Source of the DNA: Flavihumibacter sp.
Lineage (GTDB): Bacteria; Bacteroidota; Bacteroidia; Chitinophagales; Chitinophagaceae
DNA length: 41,395 bases
Assembly (NCBI GenBank): GCA_036562745.1
Contig: DATCJQ010000472.1
Location: forward strand, 1 to 41,395
Direction of reading: 5' to 3'
Positions 8,803 to 19,107 of the stretch are shown piece by piece. The notes under the pieces were generated by a model, which saw nothing but the letters and a program-made list of their open reading frames with translations, was not told the origin of the DNA and did not search any database. A program made the position numbers and the translations under genes. The first letter of the stretch is position 1, and each line of letters starts with the position of its first letter.

Positions 8803-10410
8803 TTACACAACAGGATATTTTTCCCGCACTTTGTATTCTTCCATATCAAGCAGAGCGAGGTGTTTGCGAATCAACTCATCACTCAGTTCGGTTGAACGGT
8901 TGATATAGGACAACCATTTGCGTTGTTCTTCCAGCATCTCTAAATAGATGGCACGATATTCTCGCAGCACGCCCGGATCCTGGTGCACTCCCGACTGATG
9001 CTGCTGATCATAAAGTGCGATATCCGTTCGCAGTTTTTCGTAAAGATTGCTCACATAGGGATTCTTCTCCCTCGCCTCCGCATGCCGGAGCCTAAGCCAT
9101 TCCAGGCAATACTCCGACAACTGACGAAGGATCATGCGGTTTTGTTCATCTTCAGACAATGCTTCATCTTCTTCCTTCATATCAATTTTTCGGATCAGCC
9201 AGGGCAGTGTGAGACCCTGTAGCACCAGCGTTACCAATATCACCACAAATGTGATGAACAGAATCAGGTTTCGCTGCGGAAAAGCCTGGTCGCCACTCAG
9301 GTAAAGGGGGATGGACATCGCCGCCGCCAGGGAGACCACACCCCGCATTCCCGCCCAACCCGCGATCAGCGGACTTTTCCAACCCGGATTCGCATTGGCC
9401 ACCCTGATAAAGCGACTGGCCAGTATGGTGAACCAGGCTGCACCAAATGTGCAGAGGATACGCGTAATGATCAGTACCCCGGAAATCACCAATGCATATC
9501 GGATCGCTTCGTTCAGGCTGGTATCGCCCAGTTCCTGTACAATCAGCGGCAATTGCAATCCAATCAGCAAGAAGATGAAGCCATTTAAAACAAACACCAG
9601 GTTGCTCCAAACATTCACACCCTCCATCCGGCTTTTGTAGCTGAGCATTTTCAATCTTCGGCTCGAGAGGTAAAGTCCCCCACTCACCACGGCCAGCACA
9701 CCCGAAAACTCAAAATGCTCGGCGCAGTAATACATGATATAGGGAGCCAGTAATGTCAGTACGGTTTCCACATTGGATGGCAAACGGAGCCATCTGTAAA
9801 TAAAATAAAACAACAAACCGATTCCCAACCCGATCAGCACCCCCATTACGATCACCAGCACAAAATCGATCGTCGCTTTCTCCAGACTGAATTGACCCGT
9901 CAGGACGGCAGCGAGTGCAAAGCGAACCACGATCAGCGAGGATGCATCATTCAGCAGGCTTTCCCCCTCAATCACACTCACAAGCGATTTGGGTGCATTC
10001 ACCTGACGCATGATGGTTGTTGCGGAGACGGCATCGGGCGGGGAGATAATTCCCCCGAGTAAAAACCCCAGTGCCAGGGTGAAACCGGGCAGATAGGAAT
10101 GCGCGAAAATCGCAATGATGGTGGAAGTGATGATAACCAGCGGAAACGCAAAACTCATAATCACCCTGCGGAACTTCCAGAATTCCTTCCAGGATGTTTG
10201 CATGGCAGCCTCGTACAATAAGGGCGGAAGAAAAATCAGGAAAATAATTTCGGGATCGATCCACACCCGCGAAAATTCCACCGTAAAACTGAGCAGCAAT
10301 CCGCCCAATACAAGCACAATGGGATAGGCGATTTTGATCCGGTAGGCCAGCAACACCAATCCGAGGATGATCAGAATCAGGTACAGATACTCGAGCAAGG
10401 TATGCTGCAT
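8803..10410 (-). CDS. Na+/H+ antiporter, CPA1 (NhaP/YjcE-like)
   Basis: IFLPPLLYEAA, SPPDAV, EGESLLNDA and GMRGVVSLAAA motifs. Confidence 0.93.
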   Translation of the reverse strand: MQHTLLEYLYLILIILGLVLLAYRIKIAYPIVLVLGGLLLSFTVEFSRVWIDPEIIFLIFLPPLLYEAAMQTSWKEFWKFRRVIMSFAFPLVIITSTIIAIFAHSYLPGFTLALGFLLGGIISPPDAVSATTIMRQVNAPKSLVSVIEGESLLNDASSLIVVRFALAAVLTGQFSLEKATIDFVLVIVMGVLIGLGIGLLFYFIYRWLRLPSNVETVLTLLAPYIMYYCAEHFEFSGVLAVVSGGLYLSSRRLKMLSYKSRMEGVNVWSNLVFVLNGFIFLLIGLQLPLIVQELGDTSLNEAIRYALVISGVLIITRILCTFGAAWFTILASRFIRVANANPGWKSPLIAGWAGMRGVVSLAAAMSIPLYLSGDQAFPQRNLILFITFVVILVTLVLQGLTLPWLIRKIDMKEEDEALSEDEQNRMILRQLSEYCLEWLRLRHAEAREKNPYVSNLYEKLRTDIALYDQQHQSGVHQDPGVLREYRAIYLEMLEEQRKWLSYINRSTELSDELIRKHLALLDMEEYKVREKYPVV

Positions 10411-10458
10411 AAGCGGGGAATTATTATCAAAAATCCTATTTCCCCATCAATTCAGATC

Positions 10459-11679
10459 CTAGCGGGTGATAAATTTATGAAGATTAAATCCCCAGTCTTT
10501 CCGACTGATTCCCTGCACCACAAAGGCAGTAATCGCACATCCGGTCATAACCACACTCATGGGTAGTGGTGTATTGTTATGTATAATTCCAACCAAGGCA
10601 GAGGCGCTGGCTCCGATGGTCATCTGGATAGCACCGATCATGGCTGAGGCATTCCCGGCATTGTGCCCCATTGGTGCCAGTGCAAGCGCTGTTGCATTGG
10701 GGAAGATAAAACCCTGGCAACCGAGGAAGGCGAATATGCATGCCATGGTCAGGAGTACCGAATCCCATCCGAATGCCACAATCAGCACGAGGATAATCCC
10801 GAACACCGTTTGCAGAAGCGTTGCGCGCTGGATGATTTTCTGACTGCTCCTTTTTTTCAACACCAGCGTATTCAGTTGACTGGCGGTTACGAGGCCGGCT
10901 GCAATGGCCGCGAAGATCCATCCGAATTGCGTTTCCGTTACCTTATAGAGATCGATGAACACGTGGGGAGATCCGGCGATATAGGCATACAATCCCGCAG
11001 ATGAAACCGCACCGGTCAGTGCATGGGTCAGGAAGCCGGGATGTTTCAATACAGAGGCGAAACTCTGCAGGATATGCTTTGGCGCCAGTGAAAACGATGG
11101 GTCGGGCGCTTTGGATTCGGGCAGAAAAAACCAGGATCCCAACAAAATGAGAAGGATAATGATTATCAATACGCCGAATATAGCCCTCCACCCCAGCAGG
11201 GTTGTGATTATTCCACCAAATGATGGCGCGATGATGGGCGATACCGATACCACCAGCATCAGCATGGAAAATACCCTGGCGCTGTCTTTCACTTCAAAAA
11301 GATCACGTACCATCGCCCGGGCAGCTACCATGCCCACGCTGCTTCCGAGCCCCTGCAGCAAACGGCTCGCGATCAGCAATTCCACATTTTCTGCGGTGGC
11401 ACATCCGAGTGCCCCGAGGAAATAGAGAAACAATCCCCCGTAAAGCGGACGCTTTCTTCCGTATCGTTCCAACAGCGGGCCGTATAAGAGTTGTCCTGCC
11501 GATATCCCTACAAAAAAGAAGGATAGCGAGAGGGTAACCTTTGAAATATCTGTGTGCAGTGATTCGGCAATGGCCGGAAATGCAGACAAATACATATCAA
11601 TGGAAAGCGGACCGATCGCTGTTAATAAACCCAGAATGAAAATGATGGTGCGCTGATTGCGGGGAGATGTTTGAATCAC
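10459..11679 (-). CDS. Bcr/CflA family multidrug efflux MFS transporter
   Basis: PLSIDMYL, GQLLYGPLLERYGRKRP and FLPES motifs; GTG start. Confidence 0.92.
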   Translation of the reverse strand: MIQTSPRNQRTIIFILGLLTAIGPLSIDMYLSAFPAIAESLHTDISKVTLSLSFFFVGISAGQLLYGPLLERYGRKRPLYGGLFLYFLGALGCATAENVELLIASRLLQGLGSSVGMVAARAMVRDLFEVKDSARVFSMLMLVVSVSPIIAPSFGGIITTLLGWRAIFGVLIIIILLILLGSWFFLPESKAPDPSFSLAPKHILQSFASVLKHPGFLTHALTGAVSSAGLYAYIAGSPHVFIDLYKVTETQFGWIFAAIAAGLVTASQLNTLVLKKRSSQKIIQRATLLQTVFGIILVLIVAFGWDSVLLTMACIFAFLGCQGFIFPNATALALAPMGHNAGNASAMIGAIQMTIGASASALVGIIHNNTPLPMSVVMTGCAITAFVVQGISRKDWGFNLHKFITR

Positions 11680-11806
11680 GCTGCAAAGCTAGGAAGTTTC
11701 AGGGGATACTCCCGCGCCATTCATCCAACTGCTATGTATAAAAATGCTAAAACTGTACCTGTTCCAGCTATCTATAAATCCTGAATTTTCATAATCAATC
11801 ATAGTT

Positions 11807-12790
11807 ATGTCAGCGATTTATGTTCTTGGTGCCGGTGCCATTGGCATTTCACTGGCTGCCTTGTTAAAGGCAACAGGCAGGGAAGTGTATTTATTACGCA
11901 GCGGCCTCTCATCGTCTGCCCATCCGGCAAAGGATCAGATTACCGGTAGAATTGAAATTTCTTCAGGTGATATAGTTGACTATTCCCTGCCCCTGCATTC
12001 GATTTCCGATATGGATCGCCCCGGTGGCCCGCTTATTATTTGTACCAAAACAATGGGCAACCGCGAACTGGCAGCTCGATTTAAGCTGCTGTCTGTTGAC
12101 ATACCATTATTGGAACGACCGGTTATCCTTCTCCAAAATGGTCTGCATGTTGAGCATCCCTTTGTCGAAGCCGGATTTACCGAACTGTATCGGGGTGTAT
12201 TGTTTGTAACGGCACAGCAATTGGGTGAGGGATGTATTCGGCTCAAGCCCGTAAACGGAACTGCCGTTGGATTGGTTCGCGGCTCGAAAGCACAGCTTCT
12301 CCAAACCCTCAAAACCATTCAGGTTCCGCATTTTGATTTCCACCTGGAGGAAGATATTCAACGGGTTGCCTGGAAAAAAGCGATGCTGAACTGCGTCTTC
12401 AATTCCGTATGTCCCCTGCTGGAAACAGATAATGGAATTTTTCATCGCAATGAAACGGCGATGATAATTGCAAGGGAGATGCTGTCAGAAGCCCAAAAGG
12501 TGGCAGCAGCGAACGGAATGGATATAGGTATGGAAGAATTGGAATCCGGTTTACTGGCCATCAGCCGGTTTTCAACCGGACAGGAAATATCCACCCTGCA
12601 GGATATCAGGGCGGGAAGACTTACTGAAATCGGTTCCCTGAACTTTGAACTGATGCGATTGGCCAATGCGGCGGATCCCGTGATTCCCACTCCCCTGTTA
12701 GGACTTGCGGGAAGACTGACTGAACTCAAATCGATCCTGAACATAGAGAAACATAAAAACCAATCCGAATGGAGCAAAAAAACATGCTGA
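11807..12790 (+). CDS. Ketopantoate reductase (PanE/ApbA) family protein
   Basis: GAGAIG, LQNG, WKKAMLNCVFN and STLQDIRAGRLTEI motifs. Confidence 0.85.
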   Translation: MSAIYVLGAGAIGISLAALLKATGREVYLLRSGLSSSAHPAKDQITGRIEISSGDIVDYSLPLHSISDMDRPGGPLIICTKTMGNRELAARFKLLSVDIPLLERPVILLQNGLHVEHPFVEAGFTELYRGVLFVTAQQLGEGCIRLKPVNGTAVGLVRGSKAQLLQTLKTIQVPHFDFHLEEDIQRVAWKKAMLNCVFNSVCPLLETDNGIFHRNETAMIIAREMLSEAQKVAAANGMDIGMEELESGLLAISRFSTGQEISTLQDIRAGRLTEIGSLNFELMRLANAADPVIPTPLLGLAGRLTELKSILNIEKHKNQSEWSKKTC

Positions 12791-13518
12791 TAACAGGTGC
12801 CAGCAGAGGCATCGGAGCAGCCACGGCCCTGCTGGCCGCCGCACAGGGATACGCAGTGGCCCTAAACTATCTTCAAAACAAAACAGCAGCTGATCTGGTG
12901 GTGGAGCGAATCCGTCGCCAGGGAGGCAAGGCAGTGGCCATACAGGCAGATGTTTCAAAGGAAGATGATATACTCCGCCTGTTCAGAACCGTTGATGAAG
13001 AATTCGGCAGACTCCATTGCCTGATTAACAATACAGGCATATTGGAAAAACAGTCAAAACTGGTGGACCTTAGCTATGAGAGACTACAAAAAATATTCAG
13101 CACCAATATCACAGGTGCGTTTATCTGTGCCCGAGAAGCGGTGAAAAGGATGGCTTTCAGCCGCGGTGGCCTTGGAGGAACCATCGTAAATGTTTCCTCT
13201 ATTGCCGCAAAAACCGGAGCACCCAACGAGTATACAGACTATGCAGCATCGAAAGCTGCACTGGACGCTCTTACGATCGGACTTTCAAAAGAAGTGGCCC
13301 ACGATGGCATCCGTGTGAATGCAGTTCGTCCGGGTTTTATTTACACCGATATCCATGCCAGCGGGGGCGAACCTGAAAGGGTGAACCGTTTAAAGGAACA
13401 GATTCCGATGAAACGGGGCGGTGAACCGCGCGAAGTGGCCGAAGCGATCCTATGGCTGGCATCGGATCAATCATCTTACACCACGGGCGGTTTTATTGAT
13501 ATTGCCGGCGGACGATAA
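12769..13518 (+). CDS. Short-chain dehydrogenase/reductase
   Basis: TGASRGIG, NVSS, YAASK and IRVNAVRPG motifs. Confidence 0.93.
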   Translation: MEQKNMLITGASRGIGAATALLAAAQGYAVALNYLQNKTAADLVVERIRRQGGKAVAIQADVSKEDDILRLFRTVDEEFGRLHCLINNTGILEKQSKLVDLSYERLQKIFSTNITGAFICAREAVKRMAFSRGGLGGTIVNVSSIAAKTGAPNEYTDYAASKAALDALTIGLSKEVAHDGIRVNAVRPGFIYTDIHASGGEPERVNRLKEQIPMKRGGEPREVAEAILWLASDQSSYTTGGFIDIAGGR

Positions 13519-14610
13519 ATACGACTTCCACCATTCCGAAAAAACCTGCTGATCGTCGAGCAGCTCTACCGGTTCTCCAATACGGGGTGTAAGCAAATGG
13601 ATATTGGCCTGCTGCCCCAGACGGGTTAATTCTTCCAATGGTTCATACCAACTATGCAATGCCAGTGAAAACTTGGCTGAATGAACCGGTATTATTCTGC
13701 GGGCATTTAATTCACGGGCCGCCTTCAGCGTTTCATCCGGCAGGCAATGAATGGCCTGCCAGGCACGGTTATACTGACCATTTTCGAGTATCGCCAGATC
13801 AATCGGTCCAAATCGCCTCCCTATCTCCGAAAAATGCGAATCATATCCGCTGTCGCCGCCCAAATAGATTTTTTGCACTGATGTTTCCAGCAGGAAGGAC
13901 AGCCAAAGTGTATTATTACGGGTGAACCCCCTTCCACTGAAATGCCTTGCCGGCAAAGCATGCAACTTCACCCCCTTTCGTAAATCCAGGGTTTCCTCCC
14001 AATCCATTTCCGTTATCATTCCCGGAGGATATCCCCAATATTCAAGATGAGATCCTACCCCAAGTCCGGTGATTACCTTCTTGATTTTTGGAACTAACTG
14101 CTTAACCGTTCGGTAATCGAGATGGTCGTAGTGATCATGTGTTATCAGGAGATAGTCCACTTCCGGAATATCACCCACCTGATAGTGGTTGGAGCCTGCA
14201 AAGGCCCGGGTGGTGCCGGGAATGGGCGACGCGTTCCCACTGAAAACGGGATCGATCAGGAATTTTATCCCGCTTATCTGTAAAAAATAGGACGAATGTC
14301 CGAACCAAACCAGCAAATCACGATCCGGGGGAAGATCATGCAAGTTCGTTTTAATATAAGGAATTTCCCCAACGGGACTACTATCTGCAGGTTTTCTGAA
14401 CAAAAAATTGAAAAGTACTGCCGGCATACTATATCCTTCACTAAGAGCGGGCGTAAATGAGCGGTTCTGAAACCTGCCGTTGTGATACTGTTTGGACGCT
14501 CGCATTCGTTCAAGCCGCGCACCATTGGGAACTTTGCCGAATACGGGTTGCCGCAGAAACAGAAAAACGGCGAACAAAAGAATGGTCAGTATGATGAAAA
14601 ATATTATCAC
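13471..14610 (-). CDS. MBL-fold metallo-hydrolase (RomA/NAPE-PLD-like), membrane-anchored
   Basis: N-terminal TM; WFGHSS, THDHYDHLD, PARHFSGR and GDSGY motifs. Confidence 0.9.
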   Translation of the reverse strand: MIIFFIILTILLFAVFLFLRQPVFGKVPNGARLERMRASKQYHNGRFQNRSFTPALSEGYSMPAVLFNFLFRKPADSSPVGEIPYIKTNLHDLPPDRDLLVWFGHSSYFLQISGIKFLIDPVFSGNASPIPGTTRAFAGSNHYQVGDIPEVDYLLITHDHYDHLDYRTVKQLVPKIKKVITGLGVGSHLEYWGYPPGMITEMDWEETLDLRKGVKLHALPARHFSGRGFTRNNTLWLSFLLETSVQKIYLGGDSGYDSHFSEIGRRFGPIDLAILENGQYNRAWQAIHCLPDETLKAARELNARRIIPVHSAKFSLALHSWYEPLEELTRLGQQANIHLLTPRIGEPVELLDDQQVFSEWWKSYLSSAGNINKTARGVR

Positions 14611-14720
14611 TCAGCAAAACTAAACATCCTTACTATTCGCCGCCAGAGTTATTTCACGGTTGCCGGATCGTTTTTTCACCTGTGGAAAAAATCCAGATTC
14701 AGGATTCCAGGCGCAAGCCA

Positions 14721-15350
14721 CTACTTCACGTCTTTCTGAACTCTCTTAATATTTTCAAGGTGCATTTTAAGCACAGGCAATGTTTTCGTGGCGAAGGCTT
14801 TAATATCAGGATCCTTTGCCTCTTTCGAAGCTTTTTCGAATGCCTTCACATCTTCTTCATGATCTTTCACCATATGATCCACATATGCTTTGTCGAAAGC
14901 GGCCCCTGTCTTCTCACGAAGCATACTGATATGCTTTTGATGTTTTTCCTGCAGGGAATCTGTTATGCGGAATCCTTTGCCGCGAAGCAATTGTGAAAGT
15001 TCACTATTCGCTTTGGAATGATCCTCCACCATTTGGTTACCGAAGTCCTTAACGGCCTGGTTGCCGGCTTTCTGACGGGCCAGTTCACCCAATTGCACTT
15101 CCATAATACCGCCGCTGACGGCACTTACAACAAAACTGGAATCCTGCTTATCCAGTTGCACGTAAGAGGCGGAACCAGCACCGGTAACTGTATTGGAATC
15201 CTGAATATCCTGTCCGGGTATCAGCTGATTCGCAGGCGGATTGTTTTCATTTCCTTCGATTCTTTCGGCCGATTCAATATCGTCGCGTTGTTCATTGTTG
15301 GCGCAGGCTATAAATAAAGGCAGCCATGCAAGCCATAAAATATGTTTCAT
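14721..15350 (-). CDS. DUF4142 domain lipoprotein
   Basis: Lipobox FIAC; EVQLGELA, FGNQMVEDHSKAN, FDKAYVDHMVKDH and TLPVLKMHLE motifs. Confidence 0.88.
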   Translation of the reverse strand: MKHILWLAWLPLFIACANNEQRDDIESAERIEGNENNPPANQLIPGQDIQDSNTVTGAGSASYVQLDKQDSSFVVSAVSGGIMEVQLGELARQKAGNQAVKDFGNQMVEDHSKANSELSQLLRGKGFRITDSLQEKHQKHISMLREKTGAAFDKAYVDHMVKDHEEDVKAFEKASKEAKDPDIKAFATKTLPVLKMHLENIKRVQKDVK

Positions 15351-15411
15351 ACCTGATTGTTTTAAGTAAAATGAACAGGCCGCAACCTGCTTTTAGTTAC
15401 GACCTGTTGCG

Positions 15412-15906
15412 TTAGCGGGTGGCACTTAATTGTCCGCGGACTTCTCCGTTGGGATTATCCGTGGTACCGAAAGTGTAGTACCAATTACCACCCAGCAATT
15501 CGGTACCCTGCTCCTGTGTAAGCATAAGTGTATCTGTAATGGATCCACTGTTACCAGGCTCAGTACCCAAATCCCATGGTGTACCTACAGCTGTTCCGTT
15601 AGCACCGCTGGCCCCCGAATAGAAGGAGGCGGCTGTCGGAGCACCGGACAGGTTCGACCAACTGGATGTATAAATGAATTCCCTTGTTGCAGGAGAATAG
15701 GTACCGTTGAGCGTACCCGTTCCTTCACCTTCCACAGCGGGCACCATCTGTGTACCGCTTGCGTTCCCGGTAACGGTATATGGACGATTGTCTACTTCTT
15801 CTTTGTCATCGTCATCCTTACTGCAACTCGCAAATAAAATCCCGGATGCCAAAACTACCGGCAATACTCTGACCGCACGTTGTAGCCAATTTGTTTGATT
15901 TTTCAT
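15412..15906 (-). CDS. CHRD domain lipoprotein
   Basis: Lipobox FASC followed by an acidic KDDDDKEE stretch; SGTQMVP and GNWYY...NPNGEVRGQL CHRD-type motifs. Start set at ATG 15906. Confidence 0.85.
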   Translation of the reverse strand: MKNQTNWLQRAVRVLPVVLASGILFASCSKDDDDKEEVDNRPYTVTGNASGTQMVPAVEGEGTGTLNGTYSPATREFIYTSSWSNLSGAPTAASFYSGASGANGTAVGTPWDLGTEPGNSGSITDTLMLTQEQGTELLGGNWYYTFGTTDNPNGEVRGQLSATR

Positions 15907-15936
15907 ACTTATGCATTTTCGATTATTCCCTAAACC

Positions 15937-15952
15937 TTCAAATAACATGCCG
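15937..15952 (-). promoter_or_regulatory. Candidate sigma-54 (-24/-12) promoter
   Basis: CGGCATG-TTAT-TTGAA on the minus strand versus consensus TGGCACG-N4-TTGCW, 30 nt upstream of the CHRD start. Confidence 0.45.
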
Positions 15953-16178
15953 TGCGGGGGATATTGATTTTCTATTTTTTATTATCTCAAACTGTTGCTT
16001 ATTTACACAGGCACGTCCAGAATTTGCCACAAACAAACTTTAGTATTTAACGATCCGTTTGAAGTTCAGCATTTTTGGCCCGATAATAGATGTAAAAACA
16101 AATAGCCGATCCAATCTTCAATAGGAAGCATTGTTTCGGCTATACGTGTATGTTATACTGGTCAGGTAATAACTAATT

Positions 16179-18170
16179 CTATGATCTGAGTTTAATTATC
16201 AGACTCGTAAAAAAATTTCTGCCCATTCGTGGAACACGGCTCCAGTCGGCGAATGTGGTATAATGCCGATCAAAAAGATTCTCCACTCCTGCATTGAATA
16301 TCATGTTCATTTTATCGAACCGGAATTTATAACCCGCGGTAATATTGAAAATAGTATAGTCTGGCGCAGGATTCTCCCCAAAAGAAATACTGTATCTCGA
16401 TTGCCGAATGGCACCGTCCATCACCAGCTCGGCGTTTAACTTCGATGTTTTGTACTGCAATTTTGCTCCATAGCTGAAAGGCTGTATCAGTGGGAGATTT
16501 TCCTTCTGATCACTTAATCCACGACGATAGGAGGCTCTGGTGCTAACACTGATGGATTTGAAAATTTGCCAGGCACCTGAAAACGAAGTATTCCAAATCT
16601 GAGCAAAGGGGATTTGCCCGTAAATACGAACCCCCGATGCGCCGATGGTCATGGGAATATAGCTATTATCGGTCATCCCCATAATATAATCCATCACGTG
16701 AAAAAAAGACCCCTTCCATTTCAATTGAAACAGGCTGTCGGTATAGGTTGCCCCTGCATTAAATTCGATAGATTTTTCCTTCAACAGATTTGGGTTTCCG
16801 ATATAATCATACCGGTCGAAACTATTGAAGAGATAAAATCCATAGCCTTCAGACACCGAGGGAGCGCGCTCTCCATAGGAGGCACCGACACTGAAATTCC
16901 AACGGGACGGTTGATATTGTAAACCCGCCGACAGGTTTTTCAGCGCCCTGGTTTGGGTTTGCTGTATCAGGGGATAAAAGATTTCAAGGCTTTTTAATCC
17001 CATTTCATTTCTGATCTGATTTTGCTGGAGAGCCCATCCGGCAGATCCCTGGAGCATCCACTCGTTACTGATCCTGAACCGGTCTTCCATAAAGATGCCG
17101 CCATAATAAGTGTGCACGCCGGGCCATGTGAGCATATACATATCTTTCTCGCCCGGGTTATTGGAGAACATGGTCATTTCGGCAAGTGAACTATTGTGAT
17201 GCCCGCTCAGCGAGGCTTTCCAGTTATGTTTTGAAGAAGCCCCACTAAGCACAGAATATACTCCGGCTGTTTTGGTCCATCCGGGCATATCCATACGCAC
17301 CGGAACATCCGGGCGATCACTATCATCCATATGGTGCGTAACGGAATTGTAATAGATTTTGGTTTCCCATTGATGAACCGAGGGAGAAATATGATGCCTT
17401 GTATAAGCGAGTGAAGCGATCGCCGCGCGCGCCAATGCAACATCCATCGGCAATGCGGGATACCCGATATCGCTGGCATTGTCGAATATGAGTGATGCCT
17501 CCAGTTGCTGGTGATCATTCCATTTAAAGCCGGTAATGGCCGAGAGATTATACTTGGTAAACTGAGAATACAGTATCTCCTGTTTATCGCCCGCCTTGTA
17601 ATTATCAGCCTTTCGATAGGTGAAATCGAGATCAGCATAAAAGCCCGGACGAACAATTTGCCAGTCAGCACCCAGAATACGTTGCCGGTTATTGGATTCA
17701 TAACCGGTTACTATTCCGGTTTGCATTGCTGCCGCACCAAATCCTGCTTTCTTTCGCACCAGATCGATACTTCCCGCGACGGTGGCACCGTGTGCAGCCC
17801 CTGCCTGTCCGCTTTTTACCACTGCCTTGGAAAGATTGGAAGTCTCCACATAAGAAGTGACAGGATCCATCTTATCGGTACAGGCCATATAGATACGCAT
17901 GCCGTCGATGGTAATCACCGACCTTTCGGAAGCCATCCCGTTTAGCAGGGGCTCCCAGGCATAGGCACCGCGTTTTACCAGGTTGAGCTGCTCGCTTCCG
18001 GAGAGGTACTCATCGAGTGAAGACAGCAATTTTCCCTGTTTGTGCTGCGCAGATTTTGTAGTGATCACCAATACTTCCTGCAAGGATTTCGCGGGGATGG
18101 AATCGGCATCCTGAGCCACAGCTGCCAGTGGAAGCAACAGCGGCCAGAGCCAGCTTGTTTTGTGCTTCAT
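16179..18170 (-). CDS. TonB-dependent receptor, OprC-like (probable copper uptake)
   Basis: Signal peptide; TonB-box-like EVLVIT; plug motif ACTDKMDP (CxxxM); GNPNLLKEKS and ENLFDRHY...GRNF barrel motifs; Met-rich loops. Confidence 0.85.
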   Translation of the reverse strand: MKHKTSWLWPLLLPLAAVAQDADSIPAKSLQEVLVITTKSAQHKQGKLLSSLDEYLSGSEQLNLVKRGAYAWEPLLNGMASERSVITIDGMRIYMACTDKMDPVTSYVETSNLSKAVVKSGQAGAAHGATVAGSIDLVRKKAGFGAAAMQTGIVTGYESNNRQRILGADWQIVRPGFYADLDFTYRKADNYKAGDKQEILYSQFTKYNLSAITGFKWNDHQQLEASLIFDNASDIGYPALPMDVALARAAIASLAYTRHHISPSVHQWETKIYYNSVTHHMDDSDRPDVPVRMDMPGWTKTAGVYSVLSGASSKHNWKASLSGHHNSSLAEMTMFSNNPGEKDMYMLTWPGVHTYYGGIFMEDRFRISNEWMLQGSAGWALQQNQIRNEMGLKSLEIFYPLIQQTQTRALKNLSAGLQYQPSRWNFSVGASYGERAPSVSEGYGFYLFNSFDRYDYIGNPNLLKEKSIEFNAGATYTDSLFQLKWKGSFFHVMDYIMGMTDNSYIPMTIGASGVRIYGQIPFAQIWNTSFSGAWQIFKSISVSTRASYRRGLSDQKENLPLIQPFSYGAKLQYKTSKLNAELVMDGAIRQSRYSISFGENPAPDYTIFNITAGYKFRFDKMNMIFNAGVENLFDRHYTTFADWSRVPRMGRNFFTSLIIKLRS

Positions 18171-18180
18171 GGTGATCCGG

Positions 18181-19020
18181 TTAAAATTCGATTTCGAAAT
18201 AGAGACTGCTGGATTCCTGTTCCCCGGTCAGCTCTTCGCCTTTAAGCGGATTACCCGATGCATCGAGCAAACGGAGATTTATTTTCCAATAACCCGTCAT
18301 GGTTAAACTGAGCTTACCGTGATAAAACTTATCTGCCCCCTGAACGAGATGCACATTATTGGGCGACCCGTGATTCCCCATGGAAGGCATACGCGGATCG
18401 ATTTCAACAGTGTACCCATCCACGATTTCAAATTCCATCATGGATTTCATTCTATAGAGCGCAGCGCTCATATTATTGACGGCAACCTTCGGCGCAGAAG
18501 GCTCCACCAGCGCCAGTACATAACGCTCATTGTCGGACCCCATGAAAGATTGTACCTGTTGCCGGTTGGAGGGTAGCACGTCAATCTGTTTAACAGCACT
18601 GTATTCCTGTCCGTTTATGGAATAATGGATAGTCAGCTGCCAATGCTCCATATCGTTGCCCGCCATCTGGAAGATGATATAACCGCCGTATGTATTGCGG
18701 GCACCGTCCTTCCTGGAAATAGCAGAATAGGGACATGAATGACTCATGCTCATCATCTGCATCACTGGCTCCCAACTAATACTGGCATTGGGAATCAGGT
18801 TTCCGTTTTTGTCTTTGATCTGCAGGGCGATTTCATTGTAACCGGAAATGAAATTTCCTTTGACTGTATACAGTTCAATCTTATGATCCTCGTTGGTAAT
18901 GGTGGCGGCGTGTTTTAATCCGCCTAATTCATCCTGAGATTTGGGTGCGTCATTTTCTTTGGAGCAGGCGGCCATAGTGAGAACAATAGCCAGCAACCCC
19001 ATTTTTCTATGGAGAAACAT
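18181..19020 (-). CDS. YtkA/FixH-like tandem Ig-fold lipoprotein, Met/His-rich
   Basis: Lipobox MAAC; PVMQMMSMSHSCP and PRMPSMGNHGSP motifs; FQMAG...W and TMTGYW repeats suggest two related domains. Start set at ATG 19020. Confidence 0.7.
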   Translation of the reverse strand: MFLHRKMGLLAIVLTMAACSKENDAPKSQDELGGLKHAATITNEDHKIELYTVKGNFISGYNEIALQIKDKNGNLIPNASISWEPVMQMMSMSHSCPYSAISRKDGARNTYGGYIIFQMAGNDMEHWQLTIHYSINGQEYSAVKQIDVLPSNRQQVQSFMGSDNERYVLALVEPSAPKVAVNNMSAALYRMKSMMEFEIVDGYTVEIDPRMPSMGNHGSPNNVHLVQGADKFYHGKLSLTMTGYWKINLRLLDASGNPLKGEELTGEQESSSLYFEIEF

Positions 19021-19107
19021 GGAAATAAATTGAGAATAAACAATAGGATTAATCACATTAATGGATATTCCATCAATGCAGATATGCATTAACCAGGCAC
19101 CAGCCGG

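Noticed and set aside
8733-8849. Longer start for the glycosylasparaginase
   Set aside because: It overlaps the antiporter and buries the Tat signal; ATG 8732 fits better.
13471-13518. 48-bp convergent overlap of the SDR and MBL genes
   Set aside because: Short 3' overlaps are common and nothing indicates regulation.
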